DNA of 64,000 nucleotides from Chthoniobacteraceae bacterium (lineage in GTDB: Bacteria; Verrucomicrobiota; Verrucomicrobiia; Chthoniobacterales; Chthoniobacteraceae), in contig JBEBGD010000004.1 of the NCBI GenBank assembly GCA_040081625.1, forward strand, positions 54,051-118,050, given 5' to 3'. A program made the translations under genes and the position numbers. The notes beneath the pieces were generated by a model, which saw only the letters and a program-made list of their open reading frames with translations, was not told the DNA's origin and did not search any database. Numbering within the stretch: position 1 is the first letter of the stretch; each line of letters starts with the position of its first letter. This document shows positions 9,428 to 18,414 of the stretch, one piece after another.

Positions 9428-9464
9428 TCCTCGTTCCCAAACTTCATGAGTTTGGGAACGAGGA
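9428..9464. repeat. REP-like palindrome, copy 2 (may also act as terminator)
   Basis: tcctcgttcccaaact-tcatg-agtttgggaacgagga perfect 16-bp stem. Confidence 0.7.
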
Positions 9465-9636
9465 AGCATGACTAGTTAGCGAGCGGACTTGTTGCGAATC
9501 GAGTAGAGGTGTCGGTCCATGCGTGGGCGGGGTCGGTCTGTGAATATCGCTCCCGATTGCGCATCGTTCGATGCGGCGAGCGGCACCTTCTGATAAAGGT
9601 TTGCCGCGTGAGAAACGTGAACATAAACTGCCCGGC

Positions 9637-9840
9637 ATGAGCACCGTCGCCGAAATCATCGATGCCGTGAAACTTCTCAACGAAGCGGAGAAGGACGAAT
9701 TTCTCGACAGGCTGCGGGAGATCGAATTTGAGGATTCGTGGGACCGGCAGTTGGAAGCCGATGCGAAGGCAGGCAAGCTCGACTTCCTCGTGCGGGAAGC
9801 GGACGAAGCGGTGCTAAGCGAGACATTGCGCGATTGGCGA
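9637..9840 (+). pseudogene. Orphan antitoxin-like ORF lacking its own stop; reads through into the next antitoxin
   Basis: MSTVAEIIDAVKLL...WDRQLEADAKAGKLD resembles small type II antitoxins; no cognate toxin follows. Confidence 0.5.
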
Positions 9841-9912
9841 AGGGGTCGTGAGAATATTCTTGCTGTCCCGCGCCGCGTTGACTCCCCCTACCGCCGCGTG
9901 CATCCTGCCAGC

Positions 9913-10122
9913 ATGAGCACGCTCGCTGAAATCGAAGAAGTCCTGCCGAAACTGAAACCGGAGGAGTTGATGCACGTCGAGGCGACATTGCACCGGCTCC
10001 AGCGTGAGCGCGGCGTGGGCGTGATCTTTGACGATGCTTACGGCGTGTGGACCGAGGAGGATCAAGCGTCGGTGGCCGCGGAAGCGTGGTGTGTGATGGA
10101 GGATCAGCCGCCCAGGGCGTGA
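9913..10122 (+). CDS. Putative antitoxin of the MazF/PemK toxin
   Basis: 69-aa acidic ORF; own promoter-like TTGACT-17-CATCCT; GTGA overlap with the toxin. Confidence 0.65.
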   Translation: MSTLAEIEEVLPKLKPEELMHVEATLHRLQRERGVGVIFDDAYGVWTEEDQASVAAEAWCVMEDQPPRA

Positions 10123-10436
10123 GCGAGCCGCAGCGTGGCGAAGTGTGGTGGGTCGATCTCGGCCTGGCGGGCAAGGTCCGGCCTGCTGTGGTGATGAGCG
10201 CGCCGATCGCGGATGATGACTTCGCCTTGCTGGCGACGATCCCGCACACGACCTCGGCGCACCCGTCCCGATACGCCGTGCGAATCCAGCCGCCCGGGAT
10301 GAAGGACGGCTTTTTCAATGTGCAGGCGCTGGCACCCGCGCCGCGGGCGAAGTTCATGCATCGGCTGGCAGTGCTGACGAGCGGGCAGATGGCGGAACTC
10401 GATGCGGCGGTGAAGCGCTGGCTTTGTCTGGATTGA
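10119..10436 (+). CDS. PemK/MazF family toxin
   Basis: QRGEVWWVDLG..GKVRPAVV..IPHTT..NVQ motifs. Confidence 0.88.
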   Translation: MSEPQRGEVWWVDLGLAGKVRPAVVMSAPIADDDFALLATIPHTTSAHPSRYAVRIQPPGMKDGFFNVQALAPAPRAKFMHRLAVLTSGQMAELDAAVKRWLCLD

Positions 10437-10574
10437 CGACAGCGGGCTCCAGCGGCGTGTCGAGCGCCAGCTCCCTGCGCCCGAACCGGAATGTGAACAA
10501 GATCGCCAGATTTCGTTCCCGAGCTACGCGATCAGGCGGGTGACGCATCGGGGATTGCACGCACCTTCGCCGCC

Positions 10575-11474
10575 ATGAAATCCCTCGCCCTCCTCCTCGC
10601 TCTCGCCGTCGTCGCTCACGCAGAGACACGCACCGAGACTTACAAGACCATCGGCGACGTGAAGCTCGACCTCATCATCCAGCTCCCCGACGGCTGGAAG
10701 GCGGAGGACAAACGGCCCGCGATCGTTTTCTTCTTCGGCGGCGGCTGGACCGGCGGCTCGACCGGGCAGTTTGAAAACCAGGCGCGTTACCTCGCCTCGC
10801 GCGGCATGGTCGCGATGTGCGCGGACTATCGCGTCGCCTCGCGGCATCGGGTGAAAGCCGCCTCGTGCGTCGCCGATGCGAAGTCCGCGATGCGCTGGGT
10901 GCGCGCAAACGCCGCGAAGCTCGGCATCGATCCCGATCGTCTCGCTGCCGGCGGTGGCAGCGCGGGCGGACACCTCGCGGGCGCCGTCGCCACGCTCCCC
11001 GGCCTCGACGATCCCGCCGACGACAAGAGCGTGAACTGCGTGCCGAACGCGCTCGTGCTCTTCAACCCCGCGCTCGTCCTCGCGCCCGCCGACGGCGCGG
11101 ACCTCTCCGGCTTCCTGCAAAAAGTCACCGCCGAGCGTTTCGGCTGCGAGCCCACGGAGATCTCGCCGCTTCACCACGTGAAAGCCGGCGCGCCGCCAAC
11201 GATCATCTTCCACGGCAAAGCCGATACGACCGTGCCGTATTCGAGCGTCGAGCTTTTCACCGCGCGCATGACGAAGGCCGGCAACCGCTGCGAACTCGTC
11301 GGCGCGGACGGCCAGGCGCACGGCTATTTCAACTTCCGCGCTGGCAAGACCGAGTTCGCCTACGCCACGCTCACCGCCGCCGACAAATTCCTCGCGAGCC
11401 TCGGCTGGCTCAAGGGCGAGCCGACCGTCGAGAAGTTCTTCACCGCCAACCCACCCGCCGCCTTCAAAAAATGA
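10575..11474 (+). CDS. Secreted alpha/beta hydrolase (esterase/lipase)
   Basis: FFGGGW oxyanion motif, GGSAGG nucleophile, HGKADTTVP, HGY. Confidence 0.9.
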   Translation: MKSLALLLALAVVAHAETRTETYKTIGDVKLDLIIQLPDGWKAEDKRPAIVFFFGGGWTGGSTGQFENQARYLASRGMVAMCADYRVASRHRVKAASCVADAKSAMRWVRANAAKLGIDPDRLAAGGGSAGGHLAGAVATLPGLDDPADDKSVNCVPNALVLFNPALVLAPADGADLSGFLQKVTAERFGCEPTEISPLHHVKAGAPPTIIFHGKADTTVPYSSVELFTARMTKAGNRCELVGADGQAHGYFNFRAGKTEFAYATLTAADKFLASLGWLKGEPTVEKFFTANPPAAFKK

Positions 11475-12742
11475 AACAGTTGATTCTCCTCCTCGCGCTC
11501 GCGGCCGCCGCCATCGCCGCTCCGCCAAATGTCGTGATGATCGTCTCCGACGACCAGCACTGGGGCGACTACGGCTTCATGGGCCACCCGCAGATCAAGA
11601 CGCCGCACCTCGATAAATTCGCGCGCGAAAGCCTCACCTTCCGCCGCGGCTACGTCCCCTCGAGCCTCTGCTGCCCGAGCCTCGCGACGATGATCACCGG
11701 CCGCTATCCGCACGAGCATCTCATCACCAGCAACGACCCCGCGAAACCCGCCGACATGAAGCCGCGCGAGTTCCAGACCTCGCAGGCGTTCAAGGACGGC
11801 CGCGCGCAGATGGTGAAGAACATCGAAGCCTGGCCCACGCTCCCGCGCCTGCTCGGCAAGGCCGGCTACAACAGCCTGCAGACCGGCAAATGGTGGCTCG
11901 GCGACTTCACCCACGGCGGCTTCACCCACGGCATGACCAAGGGCGGCCGCCACGGCGACGCCGGCCTCGACATCGGCCGCAAGTCCATGCAGCCGATCTA
12001 CGATTTCATCGCGCAGTCGCGCAAGGACGCGAAGCCCTTCTTCGTCTGGTATGCGCCGCTGATGCCGCACGACCCGCACACGCCGCCCGAGCGCATCCTC
12101 GCGAAGTATCGCGACAAGGCCCCGAGCGAGCACATCGCGAAGTATTGGGCGATGTGCGAGTGGTTCGACGAAACGTGCGGCGACCTCTTCGGCTACCTCG
12201 ACCGCGAAGGCCTCGCGAAGGACACACTCGTCCTCTACGTCACGGACAACGGCTGGATCACCGACCCGCAGACCGGTCGCTACGCGCCCAAGTCCAAGCA
12301 ATCGCAATACGACGGCGGCCTGCGCACGCCGATCATGGTCCGCTGGCCGGGGAAGATCGCGCCGAAGATGAGCGACACGCCCGTCAGCTCGCTCGACCTT
12401 TTCCCCACCATCCTCAAAGCCTGCGGCGTCGCGCAGCCGAAAGACCTGCCCGGCATCGACCTCGCCGACGAGGCCGCCGTCGCCGCGCGCAAGACGCTCA
12501 CCGGCGAATGCTTCACGCACAACTTCGTGGACATGGCCAAGCCGGCCACCAGCCTCCGCTGGCGCTGGATCCTCGAAGACGGCTGGAAGCTCATCGTCCC
12601 CGCCCCGCAAAACGAGAAGGGCGCGCCGGAACTCTACCGAGTGACCGACGACCCGAACGAGGAGAAGAACGTCGCGAGCGCCGAGCCCGCGCGCGTCACC
12701 GCACTGCGAGCAAAGCTCGACGCGTGGTGGCCGGGGAACTGA
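11471..12742 (+). CDS. Sulfatase family protein (variant CCPSL motif)
   Basis: PNVVMIVSDD, LCCPSLATMITG, GKWWLG, TDNG; ATGA overlap with upstream gene. Confidence 0.88.
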   Translation: MKQLILLLALAAAAIAAPPNVVMIVSDDQHWGDYGFMGHPQIKTPHLDKFARESLTFRRGYVPSSLCCPSLATMITGRYPHEHLITSNDPAKPADMKPREFQTSQAFKDGRAQMVKNIEAWPTLPRLLGKAGYNSLQTGKWWLGDFTHGGFTHGMTKGGRHGDAGLDIGRKSMQPIYDFIAQSRKDAKPFFVWYAPLMPHDPHTPPERILAKYRDKAPSEHIAKYWAMCEWFDETCGDLFGYLDREGLAKDTLVLYVTDNGWITDPQTGRYAPKSKQSQYDGGLRTPIMVRWPGKIAPKMSDTPVSSLDLFPTILKACGVAQPKDLPGIDLADEAAVAARKTLTGECFTHNFVDMAKPATSLRWRWILEDGWKLIVPAPQNEKGAPELYRVTDDPNEEKNVASAEPARVTALRAKLDAWWPGN

Positions 12743-12782
12743 CGATCAAACTCGCGCGCAGCGTTAGGAGACTGATGAGATA

Positions 12783-12864
12783 GTCCACAGATTTCACGGA
12801 TGGACACAGATTCGTCCTGGCAATCCGTTCAGCTGCTCTGTGAAAATCGGTGCAATCTGTGGAC
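12783..12864. repeat. Imperfect palindromic intergenic element (ACAGAT-type sub-repeats)
   Basis: gtccacagatttcacggat ... atcggtgcaatctgtggac between convergent genes. Confidence 0.65.
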
Positions 12865-12897
12865 AACCACCGAGGCACCGAGTTTTTCAACAGGCTG

Positions 12898-13536
12898 CTA
12901 GCGCGCTTCAGCCTTTGGCTGCTCGGCTTCCGCGTGATTCGTGTCGGACTCCTCGCCGTCATCATCGTCGTCATCCAACTTCTGGAGTTCGTGCTCGGAA
13001 TAGAAATGACGATGCCGGCGCGCCTTGGGCAGCGGCGCCAGAGTCATGAGCACACTGCGGCCTTGTAGCTTCGGCTCCTGCTCGACGCTCGCCATCTGCA
13101 CGAGGTCCACCTTGATCTTGCCCATCAACTGCATGCCCAGATCCTGATGCGCCATCTCGCGACCGCGATACTGGAGCAGCACGCGAACCTTGTGGCCCTT
13201 GTCGAGGAACTCCTCCGCATGGCGCATCTTCGTGTCGTAATCGTGCTGGTCGATGTTCACGCGGAACTTAATCTCCTTCATCCGCGAAGCCACGGTGTGC
13301 TTCTTGTCCTTGTCGTGCTTGGCCTGCTCGTATTTGAACTTCCCGAAATCGACGATGCGGCACACGGGCGGCTCCGCTGTCGGTGCGACCTCCACCAGGT
13401 CGAGCCCCATCTCCAAAGCTTTCCTCAAAGCGTCCTGCGTTTTCATGACCCCGAGCTGTTCGCCCGTGGACGCTAATACTACGCGCACTTCACGCGCGCG
13501 AATCTTCCCGTTTACCCGAATGTTTTGGAGTTGGAT
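12898..13536 (-). CDS. infC: Translation initiation factor IF-3
   Basis: IRVNGKIRAREVRV, LDLVEVAPTAEPPVCRIVDFGKFKYE, KEIKFR; start probably ATC 13536, alternatively GTG 13563. Confidence 0.95.
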   Translation of the reverse strand: MQLQNIRVNGKIRAREVRVVLASTGEQLGVMKTQDALRKALEMGLDLVEVAPTAEPPVCRIVDFGKFKYEQAKHDKDKKHTVASRMKEIKFRVNIDQHDYDTKMRHAEEFLDKGHKVRVLLQYRGREMAHQDLGMQLMGKIKVDLVQMASVEQEPKLQGRSVLMTLAPLPKARRHRHFYSEHELQKLDDDDDDGEESDTNHAEAEQPKAEAR

Positions 13537-13559
13537 GGCGTTGTTGTTTTTAGCGTCGC

Positions 13560-13722
13560 GCACCCGTGGAGCGGAAGATGCGGCGCGATGTTTTCCTGGT
13601 CTGGTAGTGGGCCCGTCTCAGCGCAGACTCGGCTTTCCAGCTTCATCTGCGGCTCCTTTTTCGACCGGCGCGCGGGAGACGGAGCCTCGCGTCGGCGGGT
13701 TGCGGAAAATACGCGCGCAACC
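13560..13722 (-). promoter_or_regulatory. Candidate structured 5' leader / ncRNA upstream of infC
   Basis: Nested helices and a GGAA tetraloop; promoter-like TTGCCG-16-CATTCT upstream on the minus strand. Confidence 0.45.
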
Positions 13723-13792
13723 GGGCGGGAGAATGTCCCGGAACGCGGATGCGGCAAGGGAATTTTATCAATCGTTGCGGCAGGCCACGCGA

Positions 13793-16744
13793 TCACGGCG
13801 CGTCGCGGAGGAACGCGATCAAGTCGGCCATCTGCTCCACGGAGATCGCCGCCTCGAGCCCCTCCGGCATCGCCGAAGTGCCCGTCGCCCGGAGCGTGGC
13901 GACGTCCGCGCGCGAGACCGTCTCATCGACGCCATCGAGCCGCTTCAACGTGAGTCCGGTCTCCGTCTCTGCCGTGATGACTCCCGCGAGCGCGCGCCCG
14001 TCCTTCAACTCGACCGTGTAGAGCATGAAGTTCGGCGACACCTCGCGATTCGGATCGAGGATGTTTGTGAGCATTTGCTCCGCCGGCCATGCCGCGACCG
14101 TCGCGAGATTCGGCCCGAGGTCGATCCCGGTGTCGCCCTTGCGGTGACACGTCGCGCACGCAGCCGCGTAGATCGCCGCGCCTTTCGTCGCGTCGCCCTT
14201 GCGAGTCAGCACAGCTTCATAGCGCGCCAGCACTTCCGTCCGCGAACCACTCGCGGTGAAAAGCTTGGCCGCACGCTCGCGCAGCGCGATGTCCGGGAAT
14301 CGCTGAAGCGAAGCACGGACCGCTGGACTCAACTCCGCGGACTTCACGCGTTGAGTTTCCATCGCGTCGAACAGCGCCGCGAGCCACTCCTTGCGCGAAG
14401 CGAGCGCGGATGCCGCGGCTTCGCGCACAGCGGGAGTCAGCGTCGGCCACGCATCGAGCAGCAGCGCGGCGACACCAGCCTCGCGCCGCTCCTGCAACAG
14501 GCGCACGAACGCGATTCGAACTCCATCGGGCTCGCGCGGCGCGAGCACTCGGGCGGCTACGAACTTAAGCGTCGGAAAATCCTCCAGCGTCAGCAGCGCG
14601 ATGTAATGGGCCCGATCATTCAGTCGGGCCGAACTGTTGAGAGCACCCGCCGTCGCCTTGTCCTCAAGAGACCCAAGCCAGGATGTCGTCACGCCCGATG
14701 TCGCGAAGTCACGCGGCGTCTTGCCGTGCCGGGCGAGACCTTTCGCCAAGCCGAGCACGCCGGCCTCGCTCATCGCTGGATGCGACCGTGCCGCCTCCCC
14801 GAGCGCGTCGAGCAACAGCGTGCAATCGGCGGACTTCGCTGCGGCGCCGACGATCGTGCCCGCATCGCGCAGAAACGCAGCGCCGCCGGTCGAGTCCGGG
14901 CTCTTCATCAGCAACGCGGCGACCTTCGCCATTTGTGCACCAGTCGAGCTGAGCACTGCTGCACGCATCCATGGATCGGTGGGATCACGCCCGGTGATCG
15001 CGGCCATGACGGAGATCGCGGATTCATCCATCGCCTCGCCAAGCGATAGCGCGACTTGGAAGCGCACGAACGCGGAGGTGTCATTGGAGAGGCCCATCAC
15101 CGCGGCGCGTAGAGGCTCGGAACTGTTCAACCGCGGCTCGACGAGGAGCACGCCAGCGGTGCGCACGTGTTCATCGGCATCGTGCATCGCTGCGAGCGCG
15201 TCGTCTGGTTTCAGCGCGCCGAGTCCCTCGAGCGTCCACAGTGCGTGCAGCCGCGCGAACGCCTTCGCGTGCTTCGTCATCATCTCGCGCAGCGCAGGCA
15301 CCGCGCTCTTGGCCTGCCGCTCGAAGAGCAAGCGGTGCGCGGTGTCGCGGTGCCAGGCGTTCGGGTGCGCGAGCAGCGCGACGAGTTCGGCAGTGCTCGC
15401 CTTGCTGAGCTTCAGTGTCGCGCGTGGTTTGAAATCCGGCGGCGCGAGACGGTAGAGCCGGCCTTTGTCGCGGCCGCGTTCGAGATCGAGCGCGGCGTGG
15501 ATGTCGTCGGGCAACGACCACGGGTGCTCGATCACTTCGCGATACATGTCGCAGACGTGCAGGCAGCCGTCGGGCGCGTTCGCGAAGTTCACGGGGCGAA
15601 ACCACACGTCGCGCCCCGCGCAAAACTCGCGGTCGCCGTCCACGCGTTTCGCCCTGAACGTGACGCCGTCGGGCTGCGTGACGAGACGGTAGAAAAGATT
15701 CCCGGCGACATCTGCGACGAAAATATTTCCGCGAAACTCAGCCGGATACGCATCGCCGCGATACACGGTCACGCCGCTCGACGACGTGACGACACCCGTG
15801 CCGACCAGTTCGCTGCGCGGCGTGCGCGCGGTGACGGTCGAGTCCGCGGACCATCGCCTGGCGCGCAATTCCCGCCATGCTTCCGGCGGGCTCACGCGAT
15901 GAACCGGGAGTTGGTCGCCCGCTTCCGTCACATCCACGAGCGGACTCATCGCCGGGAGATACGGCTGCCGCGCGAGGTAGCGGCTCTCGATCACGACGTG
16001 CTGCGCGGGATTGCGGATGTTGCAGAGGAAACGGTTGCCCCAGTCGTCGCGCGTGTTGCCGAAGCGCGCGCCGCCGCTCACCAACTCGAACGATCCATCG
16101 CGCGGATCGAGCCGCACGTCGGCGCGACGCATCGCAACCGGCTTCCCGCCGGGGCGCGCGATCTCGCCGCCATTGCTGCCGCCCGCGAGGTAGAGCCGGT
16201 TGTCGAGTCCCCACACCGGGTTGTTCAGCACCGCCTGCACGTTCAGTTTTTTGAAACCGGTGAGCAGCTTCTCGCGCACGTCGGCCTTTCCGTCGCCGTC
16301 CGTGTCCTTCAGATACCAAACGTCCGGCGTCGCCGTCACGATCACGCCGCCTTTCCAGCACGCGACGCCTGTCGGCCACGAGAGGCCGTCCGCGAAGGTC
16401 GTGCTGCGATCGAACTTCCCGTCGCCGTCGTCATCGGTGAGCAGCCGTATTTTTCCGATCGGCGCGTCGGTCGGATTCTCCTGACTCGCCGTGTGGCGCG
16501 CCTTGTCCGTGTAGGGGTAGTCGTTCATCTCCGCGACGTAAGCGCGGCCGTCTTCGTCGTAGCAGAGCGCGACGGGATCGGTGACGAGTGGCTCCGCGGC
16601 GAGCAGCTCCATGCGGAAGCCGTGCAACATTTCGAAAGTCTTCTCGGCCTCGCCCGGCAGCGTCGGTGACGTGGCGGGAAACTTCAGCGGCTCCGCGCCG
16701 AGTGCCGCGAGGCTAAGCAGACAGAAAACGCTGAGCGTTCGCAT
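13793..16744 (-). CDS. PVC-type membrane-bound dehydrogenase-domain / HEAT-repeat / heme c (CxxCH) protein
   Basis: GFRMELLAAEPLVTDPV, WFRPVNFANAPDG, CATCH, LGPNL, SAMPEGLE. Confidence 0.9.
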   Translation of the reverse strand: MRTLSVFCLLSLAALGAEPLKFPATSPTLPGEAEKTFEMLHGFRMELLAAEPLVTDPVALCYDEDGRAYVAEMNDYPYTDKARHTASQENPTDAPIGKIRLLTDDDGDGKFDRSTTFADGLSWPTGVACWKGGVIVTATPDVWYLKDTDGDGKADVREKLLTGFKKLNVQAVLNNPVWGLDNRLYLAGGSNGGEIARPGGKPVAMRRADVRLDPRDGSFELVSGGARFGNTRDDWGNRFLCNIRNPAQHVVIESRYLARQPYLPAMSPLVDVTEAGDQLPVHRVSPPEAWRELRARRWSADSTVTARTPRSELVGTGVVTSSSGVTVYRGDAYPAEFRGNIFVADVAGNLFYRLVTQPDGVTFRAKRVDGDREFCAGRDVWFRPVNFANAPDGCLHVCDMYREVIEHPWSLPDDIHAALDLERGRDKGRLYRLAPPDFKPRATLKLSKASTAELVALLAHPNAWHRDTAHRLLFERQAKSAVPALREMMTKHAKAFARLHALWTLEGLGALKPDDALAAMHDADEHVRTAGVLLVEPRLNSSEPLRAAVMGLSNDTSAFVRFQVALSLGEAMDESAISVMAAITGRDPTDPWMRAAVLSSTGAQMAKVAALLMKSPDSTGGAAFLRDAGTIVGAAAKSADCTLLLDALGEAARSHPAMSEAGVLGLAKGLARHGKTPRDFATSGVTTSWLGSLEDKATAGALNSSARLNDRAHYIALLTLEDFPTLKFVAARVLAPREPDGVRIAFVRLLQERREAGVAALLLDAWPTLTPAVREAAASALASRKEWLAALFDAMETQRVKSAELSPAVRASLQRFPDIALRERAAKLFTASGSRTEVLARYEAVLTRKGDATKGAAIYAAACATCHRKGDTGIDLGPNLATVAAWPAEQMLTNILDPNREVSPNFMLYTVELKDGRALAGVITAETETGLTLKRLDGVDETVSRADVATLRATGTSAMPEGLEAAISVEQMADLIAFLRDAP

Positions 16745-17546
16745 GAGTGATGGCGGTGAGTTGCGCGGCGCTGAGTTCCGATTCCTTCAGCTTCAGCTTC
16801 GCGGCTTCGTGGTAGAAAACGGGCGCGTAGGAGCCGAAGCAGAGTCGGTCGAGCGGCATGTCCTCGAGCATCGTCTCGATGCCGGCGATGCCTTCGAGCA
16901 TCGCGAGATCGAAGACGACCTGCGTCCCCGCGAGCGCGAGCAGCACCGGCTTGCCGGCCATGCTGCGCAGCCAGTTTAGCAGCATCACGCGCGCGCCGGG
17001 TGCCGCTTCGAGCGCCTTCGCGATCGGTGAAATATCCACGGGGGTGACGCGCATCAGCGGGCTCTGCGTGCGCTCGTCTTCCATCACGCAGACGACTTGC
17101 ACGACGAGCCGCTGCGCAGCCGCGAGCTTCAGCGCCTCCACGAACCGCGCGTCGTCGAGCTTGTAGCCGTGGTATCCGGGGATGAGCCGGATGCCGCGCA
17201 TCTTCGCGCACGCGGCGATGTCCGCCTCCCATCGCGGCAGCGCGAGATTCACGACGCCGAATGGCTCGAACATCGGGAATGCGCGGCAAGCGTCCGCGAG
17301 GCGCGCGTTCACGCCGGCGATGTCCTTTTGCAACACGCCATCGAGCGACGACGTCCACGCGCGCGTGACGCCGTTGCGGGTGAGCTTCGCGGCGAGTGCG
17401 GCGGGATCGGCCAGCGGGAGATTGCGGATCGGCCAGCGACCGAGCCAGACGTTCGTGTCGATCAATTCGGCTCGCGTCGTCTGCGCGCGTGCGGTCATCG
17501 CGGCGGCGGCGAGCGTGGTCTGGATGAATCGGCGGCGCGGGAGCAT
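16713..17546 (-). CDS. Amidohydrolase-fold protein with Tat-like signal and degenerate metal motif
   Basis: MLPRRRFIQ..ARA signal; IDTNVW in place of DxHxH; GIRLIPGYHGY; RLCFGSYAP. Confidence 0.75.
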   Translation of the reverse strand: MLPRRRFIQTTLAAAAMTARAQTTRAELIDTNVWLGRWPIRNLPLADPAALAAKLTRNGVTRAWTSSLDGVLQKDIAGVNARLADACRAFPMFEPFGVVNLALPRWEADIAACAKMRGIRLIPGYHGYKLDDARFVEALKLAAAQRLVVQVVCVMEDERTQSPLMRVTPVDISPIAKALEAAPGARVMLLNWLRSMAGKPVLLALAGTQVVFDLAMLEGIAGIETMLEDMPLDRLCFGSYAPVFYHEAAKLKLKESELSAAQLTAITHANAQRFLSA

Positions 17547-17550
17547 GGCG

Positions 17551-18336
17551 TCAGAACTTGATGCCCTTTTCGCGCAGGATCGGCGCGAGCAGGCCGATGA
17601 GATTCTCGGCGAAGATGAGCCGCTTCGCTTCGTCGGGGATGTCCGCGCCATGAACCTTCGCGAGCTGCGAGGAAAAGCTCCGTCCGCTTGCGTCGCTGCC
17701 GTAGATCACGCGATTCGCGCCGAGCTCGCGCACGGCCATCTCCGTGTAGCCCGCGACGGGATCGGAGCCGGCGAGGTCCGCGTAGGTGTTCTTGATCTGC
17801 GCGATGGCGCGGATGCCCTTCTCCCAATCGCCGCCGGTGTGGCCGCAGATGATCGGCTTGCCGTCGAGGCGCCGCGCGAGCTCGGCGAGTTCTGTCGGCG
17901 TGGATTCGCCCGCGTAGTTTTCGCCGGCCTTGAACCACGTGTGCTGAAACACGACGGCCTTCAGCGCGTGCGCGCGCTTCACGATCCGCTCGACCTCCGG
18001 CGTGTTGCAGTGCTGCGCGATCCACAGCTTCACGCCGACCATCGGGCCGTTCGCCACGCAGCGCTCGAGCTCGGCGAGGCTCGCATCGACGTGCTTCGGA
18101 TTGAGATACACGAAGCCGAGCAGCCGGTCCGGCCACTTCGGCAGGACGCTCAGCACCTGGTCGTTCTCGGCGCGGAATTTTTCCGGCGTCGGGTCCTGCG
18201 ACCACGGGAAGCCCATGTAGAGGCAGCAGCGCTCGACGCCCATGCGGTCCGCGCATCGCAGCAACTTCTCCGCGCGCTGTTCCGCGCTCGCGCCGGCGGA
18301 TGTAGCGAAGTGCGTGTGAAGGTCCCAGATGCGCAT
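17551..18336 (-). CDS. Amidohydrolase family protein
   Basis: DLHTH, VGVKL, FQH, ICGHTGG, RVIYGSD. Confidence 0.88.
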   Translation of the reverse strand: MRIWDLHTHFATSAGASAEQRAEKLLRCADRMGVERCCLYMGFPWSQDPTPEKFRAENDQVLSVLPKWPDRLLGFVYLNPKHVDASLAELERCVANGPMVGVKLWIAQHCNTPEVERIVKRAHALKAVVFQHTWFKAGENYAGESTPTELAELARRLDGKPIICGHTGGDWEKGIRAIAQIKNTYADLAGSDPVAGYTEMAVRELGANRVIYGSDASGRSFSSQLAKVHGADIPDEAKRLIFAENLIGLLAPILREKGIKF

Positions 18337-18414
18337 GAGGGTGTAGCGACAAGCACGCGCGATGCGATTTTGTTAGCGCGGAGCACCAATCGGAGGCGCC
18401 GCGGCTTTGTCGTT

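Noticed and set aside
7500..10500. Integron cassette array
   Set aside because: No integron integrase and no convincing attC (RYYYAAC...GTTRRRY) sites recognised
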